Of a stretch of DNA of 64,000 bases, positions 46,902 through 55,847 are shown piece after piece. Source of the DNA: an uncultured Nitrospina sp. Lineage in GTDB: Bacteria > Nitrospinota > Nitrospinia > Nitrospinales > VA-1. The notes under the pieces are model-generated. The model saw only the letters and a program-made list of their open reading frames with translations, was not told the origin of the DNA and did not search any database. The stretch lies in the NCBI GenBank assembly GCA_937891765.1, contig CALAGQ010000047.1, positions 16,580 through 80,579 on the forward strand, written 5' to 3'. Numbering within the stretch: the first letter of the stretch is position 1; each line of letters opens with the position of its first letter. The position numbers and the translations under genes were made by a program.

Positions 46902-47465
46902 TTACCAGGAGGTGCGCCAGAGTTCTGCAGAAGATTTCATTTTGAAGAGTTCGTTGACCTTCTCGGTGAAATTTTTATCGGTGAACGTTTTGGTGTATTC
47001 GTCCCCGGTGGTTCTGTAAGGATTCCATGACAGTGCCAGCCGCTCGATGAACATTTCTTCCAGTGGAACGTAGGTGATTTTTTTGATGATGCTGGTTTCT
47101 AACTCAACGAGGATCGCAACCATATTGTATTCATCTTTTCCATACAGCGCTTCGATGAATCCCGGTGCTTCCTTTTCCTGCTGAGCCGGATTGCACGGCG
47201 TCTCCAGCAACCAGTCTTCACCACCGATGGCAAAAATAGGGATGGAGGGAAACTCCGACTCCACCACCAGTTTGGCTTTCCACTCCCCGTCGAAGGCCTT
47301 GATCTGCGCTTCGGAAGGGCTGGGTACAGCGGCGATCAGCAGCATGTCGCCATTGGGAGAAAAGGAAAGTCCGCCGCCATGGCCCGCAATGGGTAAAGGG
47401 CAGGGCTGGCCTTCTTGAAAACTTACAGTCTCATCCATTTCAGTCATAGTGATATTCGAATTCAA
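46902..47465 (-). CDS. Hypothetical protein (187 aa)
   Basis: Intact ORF with coding-like composition and no recognisable motif. Confidence 0.5.
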   Translation of the reverse strand: MNSNITMTEMDETVSFQEGQPCPLPIAGHGGGLSFSPNGDMLLIAAVPSPSEAQIKAFDGEWKAKLVVESEFPSIPIFAIGGEDWLLETPCNPAQQEKEAPGFIEALYGKDEYNMVAILVELETSIIKKITYVPLEEMFIERLALSWNPYRTTGDEYTKTFTDKNFTEKVNELFKMKSSAELWRTSW

Positions 47466-47713
47466 GGTTGAAAAAGACTATTTTGTTGAAGTTGAGCGCA
47501 GTTGTCAAGTCCACCACTACCCGTGGAGGGAGCTTTCTCCAAACAGGCAGAATTTTTAGTTCAGGTTCGATGGGTCTTCATTTGATTCCACCCATTTATG
47601 ATGCACAAGGAATAAAAAGGGTTCAATCCATCTCCATTCATTAAACCGGTTGAGTTCTGGTTGCGGTTCGGTTAGTCTTACCGGTTTAAATCCTTTTAAG
47701 TATAAAGAACTTC

Positions 47714-49102
47714 ATGATTGCGACCCTGATTTCCCACGCCTGCATACTGATCCAATCGCGCGATACTACTATATTGACCGACCCGGTGTTTTTTGATTAT
47801 TTATGGGAGGAATGCAATATCCAGTGCCCAAGCATTGATCTTGATAAGGCCAAGCTCCCAAAAGTCGATATTTTAAATATTTCGCACCGGCATCAGGACC
47901 ATTTTGATATTCGAACTCTTGCCTATCTGGCGGGAGATGCGGGCATTTTGGCTCCGGACGCTGTGGTGCTGGCCCCGCGTGATGAGATTCTGCTTGAAGT
48001 TCTGCGCGAACTGGAATTTAAAAACGTAACCGTGGTGGAAGACTTTAAATCTCTGGAGATCAAGGGACTGACGTTGACGCCCACACCTTCGCTGAACAAG
48101 CAGGACTATTTCCCGGAACACGGTTTGCTGGTTCATGATGGTGAAGTGACGCTGTGGAACCAGGTCGATACCATCGTGTCGCCGGATGTCATCAAGTATA
48201 TGCATAGCTTGTACGGGCAGTTGGATTTCGCGCATGTTCGTTATCTTCCTCTGCTGGAAGGAAATTTTTCGTTTCATAATCCATTAGAGTTACCGATGGA
48301 GGAGTACAGTTCTTTTCTTAAGGTGGCTGCTGCCTGCAGGCCGAAGTTTGCTGTCCCCGGTTCTGCAGGATTCAAATACCGCGACGAGTTTGGGTTTCTC
48401 AATCAATATTCTTTTCCCACCACGCAAGAACAGTTTTTAAGAGATCTGAAAGATTTTTGTCCGGATATAAAAAGTAGCGTGTTTTATCCCGGTGACCGGG
48501 CTGTTATTACTAAAGAGGGTGTGGAGATTCAACAAGCTGCTTCGGACTTTGTTAAAATTAAAGTAAATGATGGGCATAAAGTGGAGTTCAAGCCCGTGGC
48601 CGAGGTCCCACCTATCCGCACCCGCACTGAAGATAAAGCCGAGCATGAAAAACAGTGGCAGGAGGTTGTTGATTTTATCGAGAACCGGTTTGTTTCAGCA
48701 CTGGTTGAGAAAAAAGCTGTGCAAAGCTGGGTGGACTGGAAAGTGGCCTATCAACTGGAAGTGTTCAGTCAGAACGGATCGGAAATTTGGTGCCTGGATT
48801 TTGCCGGGGAAGATGCGGATATCATTAAGGGGCGTATCGGGAAAATCAATCTCTATGAAGGCATTGCCTGTTCTGAACTTTATAGCCTGATTCAAAATGA
48901 AACCAGTTGGGACTTTGTCGGCATCAACGGGCAGTATCGTACGTTCAAAGATATTTACCGGGTTCGCATGGGAGAGTTTGAACACTGGACCAAGACGGAC
49001 AAAAAGTTTCCTCAGCCGCTGACCGAAGTGTTTCCTGCAGGGAAAGAGATGGATCGAACAAAATTTCTGCGCGATGTGAAACGCTGGAAAGGAAAGGCTT
49101 AA
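47714..49102 (+). CDS. Metallo-beta-lactamase-fold hydrolase with a ~200-aa C-terminal extension
   Basis: ILTDPVF and ISHRHQDHFD (HxHxDH) motifs. The C-terminal half is of unknown family. Confidence 0.72.
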   Translation: MIATLISHACILIQSRDTTILTDPVFFDYLWEECNIQCPSIDLDKAKLPKVDILNISHRHQDHFDIRTLAYLAGDAGILAPDAVVLAPRDEILLEVLRELEFKNVTVVEDFKSLEIKGLTLTPTPSLNKQDYFPEHGLLVHDGEVTLWNQVDTIVSPDVIKYMHSLYGQLDFAHVRYLPLLEGNFSFHNPLELPMEEYSSFLKVAAACRPKFAVPGSAGFKYRDEFGFLNQYSFPTTQEQFLRDLKDFCPDIKSSVFYPGDRAVITKEGVEIQQAASDFVKIKVNDGHKVEFKPVAEVPPIRTRTEDKAEHEKQWQEVVDFIENRFVSALVEKKAVQSWVDWKVAYQLEVFSQNGSEIWCLDFAGEDADIIKGRIGKINLYEGIACSELYSLIQNETSWDFVGINGQYRTFKDIYRVRMGEFEHWTKTDKKFPQPLTEVFPAGKEMDRTKFLRDVKRWKGKA

Positions 49103-49186
49103 ACCTGCTAGAATAGCCATTGACAGGGTAGGGGCGAGGGGGTAAAATCCTAATCTTCTAAATAACAAGTAGTTATAAAGTAGCGT

Positions 49187-49263
49187 GGCGGTGTAGCTCA
49201 GGTGGTTAGAGCATACGGCTCATATCCGTAGTGTCGGCGGTTCAACTCCGTCCACCGCTACCA
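49187..49263 (+). tRNA. tRNA with anticodon CAT (elongator Met, or Ile2 if lysidine-modified), CCA encoded
   Basis: Hand-folded cloverleaf. Acceptor GGCGGTG/CACCGCT (G1-U72 wobble), D-arm GCTC-AGGTGGTTA-GAGC, anticodon arm TACGG-CTCATAT-CCGTA, T-arm GGCGG-TTCAACT-CCGTC. Confidence 0.85.
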
Positions 49264-49751
49264 ACTTTATATAAGTAAGTAAAGGGATTACGGGATTGCC
49301 CGTGGTTCCTTTTTTTGTTGGAAGTGGTCAATTGCCCGAGTTCTTAAATTTATGCTTAATATTATTGGACAAAAAGTATGTAAAACTGGAAGGAATCAAA
49401 AAGGAGGATTAATGAGAACGGTAAGTTTTCCTGAATTAACTTTTCACCCCGTATAATAAAAAACAGAAAGGCTGTGATTTTGATGGGTCTGACGGGGATC
49501 TAGATTATTTCGATAATCTTTAACAGAAAAAAGTGCCATGCAAAATAAAAATGATGGTAACCAACTATGCCGGAGCCTTCGGGTTTTTTATTGAGGAATA
49601 TATGTGCCTTCCTTCTTCAAGTTTGCTGAAAGGATAGAGGGTGATACTCATTGAATAAAAATTTGCCCAGTAAAGTATGCCCCCAGGCCAAATAATATAT
49701 ATGAGGCAACAACGAGCACTACAGAAACAATCCTTCCAATATTTTCCACCT
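49264..49751. mobile_element. Possible decayed integrative-element remnant bounded by tRNA 3'-end direct repeats
   Basis: A 488-bp AT-rich segment with no ORF of 60 aa or more lies between the tRNA(CAT) 3' end and a second copy of its last 35 nt. Confidence 0.35.
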
Positions 49752-49786
49752 TAGTGTCGGGGGTTCAACTCCCTCCACCGCTACCA
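49752..49786 (+). repeat. Direct repeat of the 3' 35 nt of tRNA(CAT) (att-like)
   Basis: TAGTGTCGGGGGTTCAACTCCCTCCACCGCTACCA here versus TAGTGTCGGCGGTTCAACTCCGTCCACCGCTACCA at 49229-49263. Identity is 33/35, and the two differences are compensatory in the T-stem. Confidence 0.8.
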
Positions 49787-49799
49787 TTTTTCAGTGTTT

Positions 49800-50570
49800 T
49801 TAAAATTTATAAGTCACTCCAACACCAAATTGGAACTGATGTTCAGACCCTAAAGTTCTAACCAGCGGACTCCTGGCGGCATCAGCAACCAATAGTTGGT
49901 ATCCAACAACGCCTTTCAAACTCCAATGTCGATCAATCCTTCGAGAAATATTTGTAACCAATGCTAAATCCTTCAAGCCACCTTCGCCGTCAAATTTTGT
50001 AATTCCCGATCGTATGGATTGGGCTGAAGTGATACCAAAGTAGGATTGTATGTAGTTGTCATCTGCGAAGGTCATGCTTGCCTTAACGTTCCAATCCACA
50101 TCCGTGTGGCGACCAAAGGAATAGCCGGCTCCAACAATTAGCAAAGTTCCGTCATGATTCCCTGAAATGTCAGTTTGGAGTTGGAGTGAGAGTGAGTACC
50201 TCTCCAATTCAAGCTTCGCAAAAATACGTCCATCAATTCCGCCATCAATATCGCCAAGCCCAGTTAGTATTGGGGAATCATCTTCATTCCTGGCCTCGTA
50301 ATAGCCCAATGATCCCCCAAACTCCAGATCACTATTATTCATAAGATAGACACCTAAACCTCTTTCAACATTTAAGAAAACCGATTTCCCCATGGAAATG
50401 TCGATGAGAGGCAAGATATCGAATTCGCTCGTATCGGCACCCTCATAATCGGGCCTGCTTAATGCAATGCCACCTAGCGATACTGAAAAATCGTCGGCCC
50501 TCAGAACCTCCGGTGAAATGGAGGAAAATATCAATAGTAATATTAATAGAGCTTGTTTCATGCTGTCCAA
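49800..50570 (-). CDS. MipA/OmpV-family outer-membrane beta-barrel protein
   Basis: Signal peptide, alternating beta-strand pattern, PDYEG motif near the N-terminus, and a C-terminal GVGVTYKF. Confidence 0.72.
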   Translation of the reverse strand: MDSMKQALLILLLIFSSISPEVLRADDFSVSLGGIALSRPDYEGADTSEFDILPLIDISMGKSVFLNVERGLGVYLMNNSDLEFGGSLGYYEARNEDDSPILTGLGDIDGGIDGRIFAKLELERYSLSLQLQTDISGNHDGTLLIVGAGYSFGRHTDVDWNVKASMTFADDNYIQSYFGITSAQSIRSGITKFDGEGGLKDLALVTNISRRIDRHWSLKGVVGYQLLVADAARSPLVRTLGSEHQFQFGVGVTYKF

Positions 50571-50692
50571 ATCCCCGTTATATTTATATCTTCTCTATTA
50601 TAGAGCGAACCTTGTTTCCTTATCGTTTGCATATCCGAAAACTAAAAAATATTTGACGATTATTTAATAAACTATTGGTGATCGATAAATTG

Positions 50693-50721
50693 TGGACAAT
50701 GTCGCGGTATTAAGTTAAAGT
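50693..50721 (+). promoter_or_regulatory. Candidate sigma70-type promoter for the bfd-like gene
   Basis: TGGACA (50693-50698), 17-nt spacer, TAAAGT (50716-50721). Confidence 0.35.
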
Positions 50722-50740
50722 AATGAGAATCGTTCTCATT
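50722..50740. promoter_or_regulatory. Fur-family (Fur/Zur/Nur-like) operator candidate
   Basis: AATGAGAA-TCG-TTCTCATT is a perfect 8-bp inverted repeat. The core TGAGAAT-C-GTTCTCA resembles the 7-1-7 Fur motif TGATAAT-N-ATTATCA. It lies just downstream of the candidate -10 and 26 nt upstream of the bfd-like ATG. Confidence 0.5.
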
Positions 50741-50765
50741 CTAGGGTCTTTATTGCTTTGAATTC

Positions 50766-51050
50766 ATGAATCTTCCTCCCAGTGTTGAAATCGACGAAGT
50801 CATCTGTCAATGCTATCAGGTCACTGAAAGCGCCATCCGCAATTCCATCTCCGAAGGCAAACTAAAGGATATTGATTCCGTCACAACGGCTTGTGGAGCC
50901 GGTGGGGGGTGCCATTCCTGCCATATTCTTATTCAGCTTTTCATCGACCAGCATCAGGAAAAACACACAGCCATGGAGGATCTGGTCCACGATCACGCGC
51001 AGAAGGTGAAAAAGAAGGGTATTCTGAGCCGCTTCTTCAAGAGGTTCTAG
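50766..51050 (+). CDS. BFD-like [2Fe-2S]-binding domain protein (bacterioferritin-associated-ferredoxin-like)
   Basis: Cys pattern CQC ... (about 33 aa) ... CGAGGGCHSC, matching the BFD-like C-x-C...C-x2-C arrangement. 94 aa. Confidence 0.7.
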   Translation: MNLPPSVEIDEVICQCYQVTESAIRNSISEGKLKDIDSVTTACGAGGGCHSCHILIQLFIDQHQEKHTAMEDLVHDHAQKVKKKGILSRFFKRF

Positions 51051-51178
51051 TCAGCGGACAGCACTTCCCGGGGCGCGAACTGCTTTCCTATCTCTGTTTG
51101 TTCTTTCCAAACTCCGATCCTTTTGATAGTTTAATTCCCAGAGTCGGATTTTTTATAATCTACAACTCCCTAATTAAA

Positions 51179-51730
51179 ATGAAACCAGAAAATTTTGTTT
51201 TATACAGTGGTGGTGCTCAGGGTGCGGAGACCGAGTTCGGTAAACAGGCGGAGAAGACGGGTGTGCAGGAAGTGACCCTGACTTTTGAGGGCCATAAAAT
51301 TTTCCGGGAACGTGGGGTGAGGGTATTGACCACCGATGAGCTACTGAAAGGCGATGTGAGTCTGGCTTATATTGCCAAGTTGATGAATCGCAAATTTAAT
51401 ACCGGCAAGTTATTCAAAAAAGTTCTGCAGAGTATCTGGCATCAGATCAATTGCGCCGAAGAGGTGTTTGTGGTGGGTAAAATTCTCGATGACAATACCG
51501 TCAAGGGCGGTACCGGTTGGGGCGCGGAATTCAGCAAGCTGTGTAACAAGACTCTACATGTTTTTGATCAGGAGCAAGACTCATGGTTCAAGTGGAGTAC
51601 AGATTCCTGGAAAAAAGAAAAACAGCCTAAAATAAAATGCAAAAACTTTGCCGGAACCGGGACCCGGTTTTTGAATGGGAATGGTAAAAAAGCTATCAAA
51701 GATTTGTTCGACGCCTCCTTCAAAAAATAA
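51179..51730 (+). CDS. Hypothetical Rossmann-like protein (possible SLOG/DprA-LOG superfamily)
   Basis: The ATG at 51179 gives MKPENFVLYSGGAQGAETEFGKQAEK..., where SGGAxGxE/D resembles SLOG-type nucleotide-binding folds. The longer ORF from 50891 overlaps the bfd-like gene and looks non-coding in its first ~96 codons. Confidence 0.4.
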   Translation: MKPENFVLYSGGAQGAETEFGKQAEKTGVQEVTLTFEGHKIFRERGVRVLTTDELLKGDVSLAYIAKLMNRKFNTGKLFKKVLQSIWHQINCAEEVFVVGKILDDNTVKGGTGWGAEFSKLCNKTLHVFDQEQDSWFKWSTDSWKKEKQPKIKCKNFAGTGTRFLNGNGKKAIKDLFDASFKK

Positions 51731-51736
51731 ATCACA

Positions 51737-52942
51737 TTGAAATCTCTCCGTGTCGCTTATTTTGATTGTTATTCCGGTATCAGCGGTGACATGATTCTGG
51801 GAGCCTTGATCGATCTGGGAGTGGATCCTGCAAAAGTCCGCAAGGCCCTCGTGACTCTTGATCTTAAGGGATACAAATTCCAAACTCGAAAGGTTCAGCG
51901 CGGCCTGATCTCAGGCACCAAGGCCCAGGTCAACGTAGAAAAGCACCCCCACCAAAAGGCCCGGAAATATTCTGACATTAAAAAATTGCTTGCCAACTCG
52001 GACCTGTCTGCGACTTCAAAAAAAAACGCCCAGGAAATTTTTAGACGTATTGCCCAAGTGGAAGCGGCGGTCCATAAAACAACCATAGAGAAAATTCACT
52101 TCCATGAAGTTGGGGCGGTGGATTCGATTGTGGATATTGTTGGCGGCGTGGTCGCCATTGAATCTTTAAAGCTTGACAGGGTTTATGCCTCGCCCCTCAA
52201 TGTCGGTGAAGGGTTTGTTCAATGCGCTCATGGGTACCTGCCTGTTCCCGCTCCCGCTACGTTGAAACTTCTGAAGGGGATTCCTATTTTCTCCAGCGGG
52301 ATTAAAAAAGAGCTGACCACGCCTACAGGTGCGGCCATGATCGGCTTTTATGCCGATCATTTCGGAACCCTTCCCGCTATGAAAATCATCGATGATGGCT
52401 ATGGGGCAGGGGACCACATTATTCCGGAGATGCCCAATATGCTCAGGGTTATTTTGGGCGATATGTGTGAGGAGCCGGGTGAGGAGCTTGTGATGATCGA
52501 AACCAATATTGATGACATGAATCCGGAACTTTATGAAGAGGCCATAGACTCTTTATTTAAAGCAGGGGCATTGGATGTTTTTTTGAGTCCGATCATCATG
52601 AAGAAGGGTCGCCCCGCCAACAAAATTTCGGTTCTCTCGAGCGAGAGTGATAGACAGGCCTTGAGCGAAATACTGCTGCAGGAAACGTCGAGCTTTGGAG
52701 TTCGTTATTACAAGGTTGGAAGGACGGTTTTAGAGCGTGAAATGAAAACCGTTAAGACCTCATGGGGTCCCATCAAAATAAAAATTGGTAAATTAAATGG
52801 AAAGGTCGTGCAAGCCTCTCCCGAGTACGAAGATTGCAAAAGACTGTCTATTAAAGAAAAAATCTCTGTTGTTATTGTCTATAATGAAGTCCACTGCCAG
52901 GCAAGAAAGCTAATTTCCTGGCCAAAATTATCCCTCAAGTAA
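51737..52942 (+). CDS. larC: Nickel insertion protein LarC (DUF111 family)
   Basis: YFDCYSGISGDMILGALIDLG, FHEVGAVDSIVDIVG and TPTGAA motifs. TTG start. Confidence 0.85.
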   Translation: MKSLRVAYFDCYSGISGDMILGALIDLGVDPAKVRKALVTLDLKGYKFQTRKVQRGLISGTKAQVNVEKHPHQKARKYSDIKKLLANSDLSATSKKNAQEIFRRIAQVEAAVHKTTIEKIHFHEVGAVDSIVDIVGGVVAIESLKLDRVYASPLNVGEGFVQCAHGYLPVPAPATLKLLKGIPIFSSGIKKELTTPTGAAMIGFYADHFGTLPAMKIIDDGYGAGDHIIPEMPNMLRVILGDMCEEPGEELVMIETNIDDMNPELYEEAIDSLFKAGALDVFLSPIIMKKGRPANKISVLSSESDRQALSEILLQETSSFGVRYYKVGRTVLEREMKTVKTSWGPIKIKIGKLNGKVVQASPEYEDCKRLSIKEKISVVIVYNEVHCQARKLISWPKLSLK

Positions 52943-52995
52943 TAATATAAACCTTAACTGGTCAGCAAGTTTAAAGTTTAAGAAGATTAACTTTT

Positions 52996-54231
52996 TTAGA
53001 ATGCCAGCACGATCCCAAGTACCCCGGTATGGGTCTTTTCAGGCCTCGGGGTGCTGGTTTCTTCCAGATCTGCCGTGACTTCGGCCATGAGCTTGAAGTT
53101 TCTGGCCAGCCAGTAGGAAAAGTTTATCGTGAAGGTGCTGGCATCCAGCGCCCGGTTGCCATTAACTTTGACCTTGTTGTAAAGCAGGGATGCAATCCAG
53201 TTATCCATGAAGGGATAGGTGACGCCCAAGAACCCTCCCCATGATTTAATTGTTAGAGAACCTCCTGCAGTGGAAAAACCAGGGTTGGAATCTTCTCCAT
53301 AAAGAACATTTCCCCAAAAAGAGAAGGTGTCGGCGATCATAAATTCAAAGTCAGGGCCGACTCGGAAAAATTCATTTCTTATATTGCCAGAATTTTGTTC
53401 CCGCCCGGAGTAGCCGTAGAAACCTATCTTATCCCCATTAAAATCAAAAGACAGTTTTCCATAAAAGTTTTTAAATTCATCCGAGTCGAAATTGCGATCA
53501 CTGTCGGCAACGCCGATTCCATTGCCATTGGTGACAGCGCCCGCAACTCCCATTCCGATAGAATCGGTCAAATCAAAGTTATAGGACACTTCGACAATGC
53601 GGTCATAAGTGAGGCGAAAATTGCTGTTACTAACAGCTGTTGTGTAATACGTAAAGTCCTGAAAGGTTAACCGCTGCTCGCGGGGAAACAAGATGTCTGA
53701 GGCTTGAAACTGACCAACCCTCATATCCAGATCAACATCTTTATAACCATCGTTAAAAAGAATGAATGCATCTTCGATACCGGTTATGTCTCCGCGCTCA
53801 TCAACGAAGAAATAAAAATAATAACTAATATCTTTCTTAATAGGTGCGCTGGATAAAAGTTTTATCGAAAAAGGAGCTTGAAAGTCGTTGGTGACTTTTT
53901 TGTCACTGCGTGCCCGAAAAAATGTATCGACCCGGATAGCAAGAGGAAGCCGGTCGAGCAGTAGGAGATCTTCATCTCCGGTATCGACCACTTGGTCTTT
54001 AAGGTCCGCACCTGGCAGTTGGTAACCATTACGAATAAAAGCTTCACCAAATCCATTTAGCTTTGGGAATCCAATATGGCAGGTGACACAACTTAGTTTG
54101 TGGCGCCGGGCGAAAGCGGGAATGGCGTGAGCCGATTCAACAGAAATTGTCGAGATTAAAAGAAATGCCGTGAACAAATAAACAAAGCTGAGTACGCTTG
54201 ATGATAGGGGTGGAGAGGATTTGGAATTCAT
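52996..54231 (-). CDS. Outer-membrane beta-barrel protein with an N-terminal CxxCH haem-c motif
   Basis: Signal peptide (…VESAHA), then IPAFARRHKLSCVTCHIGFPKLNGFGEAF, followed by about 330 aa of alternating beta-strand-like sequence ending in LGIVLAF (aromatic terminus). Confidence 0.65.
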   Translation of the reverse strand: MNSKSSPPLSSSVLSFVYLFTAFLLISTISVESAHAIPAFARRHKLSCVTCHIGFPKLNGFGEAFIRNGYQLPGADLKDQVVDTGDEDLLLLDRLPLAIRVDTFFRARSDKKVTNDFQAPFSIKLLSSAPIKKDISYYFYFFVDERGDITGIEDAFILFNDGYKDVDLDMRVGQFQASDILFPREQRLTFQDFTYYTTAVSNSNFRLTYDRIVEVSYNFDLTDSIGMGVAGAVTNGNGIGVADSDRNFDSDEFKNFYGKLSFDFNGDKIGFYGYSGREQNSGNIRNEFFRVGPDFEFMIADTFSFWGNVLYGEDSNPGFSTAGGSLTIKSWGGFLGVTYPFMDNWIASLLYNKVKVNGNRALDASTFTINFSYWLARNFKLMAEVTADLEETSTPRPEKTHTGVLGIVLAF

Positions 54232-54462
54232 GCATACTCCTTTTTGTTATTTTTAATGTCTCTTAGCACTAGATATACTGAATGGAAAGAATATTCCCGT
54301 TCGTATATTCTTTTTAAAGCAAATTGAGTGCAGAGGGAAATTAAATTGTTAGCAGACTCATGTGTTGGCTGCTAAATGTGCCTCTAAGTGACTTTAAACA
54401 TTGAAATTATTTCATTTTATGCAACTCTGTAGGGGTGCAAATCTTTCTGACGGGAGGTTCTT

Positions 54463-55116
54463 ATGCCAGTTCAATTCACCCAGATTAACTCTTTAGAAAC
54501 GGACACTACGGAGTCTTTTTTTTCGGACCATTTTCTGAGGGCTCGGATCAATGACAACAAGCCTTCAAATAATGATTACGATCCTATTTTTGAGGAAGGA
54601 CGAAGCGAAGGCTGGGTTCAATCGCATGGAAAGGAGATCAAGGAGAATGATCTGAAGTATGAAGAAGATGTCAATCAATACATCAGCTTGGTACTTGCCG
54701 AAATGGTGAACCCAAAATCGACGGTTCTGGCCCGAGAATATCTGGTGGGTACCGATTCCGATGCGGGTCAAATTGCCATTGACCTGAAACTGCAATCACA
54801 GAAATACCAGGTTTTCAGGATCAATGCCGACTTCCTCCTTTTTCACTTGGGGTTGTTCAGTTCGGAGACCAATATTTTGGGTGACAAATATTTTGATAAG
54901 GGAGGGTCGTATTACAACGCCGCGGCCTGTAGTTTGAGGAATGCCCGGGGAGGGCGCTCGGGATTGTCCGATGTATTGGAAAAACTTTCCTTGCAGTTTG
55001 GGAAGTATGTGGAAATTTTAAGATATATGAAAAACCAATCCTCAAACTATTTCAGCTTTCATTTCAAGTTTTCTGAAGAAGAATTAGCCCGGTTTCATAA
55101 ACAACCGCTCCAGTAA
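54463..55116 (+). CDS. Hypothetical cytoplasmic protein (217 aa)
   Basis: Intact ORF with no recognisable motif. Confidence 0.45.
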   Translation: MPVQFTQINSLETDTTESFFSDHFLRARINDNKPSNNDYDPIFEEGRSEGWVQSHGKEIKENDLKYEEDVNQYISLVLAEMVNPKSTVLAREYLVGTDSDAGQIAIDLKLQSQKYQVFRINADFLLFHLGLFSSETNILGDKYFDKGGSYYNAAACSLRNARGGRSGLSDVLEKLSLQFGKYVEILRYMKNQSSNYFSFHFKFSEEELARFHKQPLQ

Positions 55117-55244
55117 TTCTTGACGAATATGGGCTGCCAACTCGTAATTTGACTGACAATTGGGGAATAAAGTATTGACAATTATGATCTATAACTCCTA
55201 ATATTACTATTTCAATAGCATTAAAGAGCAATTAAAGACGAATT

Positions 55245-55691
55245 TTGACCATGTTATTCAAAAGAAATATGTTGATTGCGGTTTTGGTGTGGGCTCTTTT
55301 GGTCACCACCAATGCGTTGGCTCATCCCCATCATCACGGGGATCATCTGAATCAGCATGGGGATCACCAGCATCAGCAAAATTCCGTAGTCTCGCCTTTT
55401 GATGGTCCGAAAGGAGTTCAATCTTTACACTGTCTCCTGAGAGGCCACAGTCATCAGGTATTTTGTCCTCATTTAAAACCTGATAGTGCTCAGAACACCA
55501 ATATTGCCACAGATTGTGGCGGTAAAACTTCAGGCTCGATCCCCAATAGCACATTCTTTAGCAGTGAATTTGCGGAAATAAATTGTCTTTCCCTGATTCC
55601 TCATTCGCCGGGCAAAAAGCTGGCACCTTCAATAGTTCGTCTCTATCATCGTTGTACCGATCCACTAGATCCTCCTCCTCGATTTATCTGA
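55245..55691 (+). CDS. Secreted His/Cys-rich putative metal-binding protein (148 aa)
   Basis: Signal peptide, then HPHHHGDHLNQHGDHQHQQ and SLHCLLRGHSHQVFCPH. Start is TTG 55245 or ATG 55251. Confidence 0.55.
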   Translation: MTMLFKRNMLIAVLVWALLVTTNALAHPHHHGDHLNQHGDHQHQQNSVVSPFDGPKGVQSLHCLLRGHSHQVFCPHLKPDSAQNTNIATDCGGKTSGSIPNSTFFSSEFAEINCLSLIPHSPGKKLAPSIVRLYHRCTDPLDPPPRFI

Positions 55692-55847
55692 TTATATTCC
55701 CCTGGTTTTAAAACTTCAGGTCGGTGTGTGATCCTTTTTTCAGGGACTATGCGCAATTTGGGTTTTTCTTTTTGCGTGTCCTTGAAATAAGAGAATCCCT
55801 TTTGCTTCCGACCAACTAAAAATAATTGATATTTCGAGGGAGCGGCA

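Noticed and set aside
49187-49263. Whether the tRNA(CAT) is the initiator tRNA-fMet
   Set aside because: The anticodon stem (TACGG/CCGTA) lacks the three consecutive G-C pairs typical of initiators. Positions 1-72 form a G-U pair rather than the C-A mismatch. It is therefore called elongator Met or Ile2.
50891-51178. N-terminal ~96 codons of the 279-aa ORF overlapping the bfd-like gene
   Set aside because: This part overlaps the motif-supported bfd-like frame and reads as Ser/Pro/Gly-rich, non-protein-like sequence. A clean ATG at 51179 starts the conserved-looking SGGAxG domain. It is therefore treated as an ORF-caller extension, not an overlapping gene.
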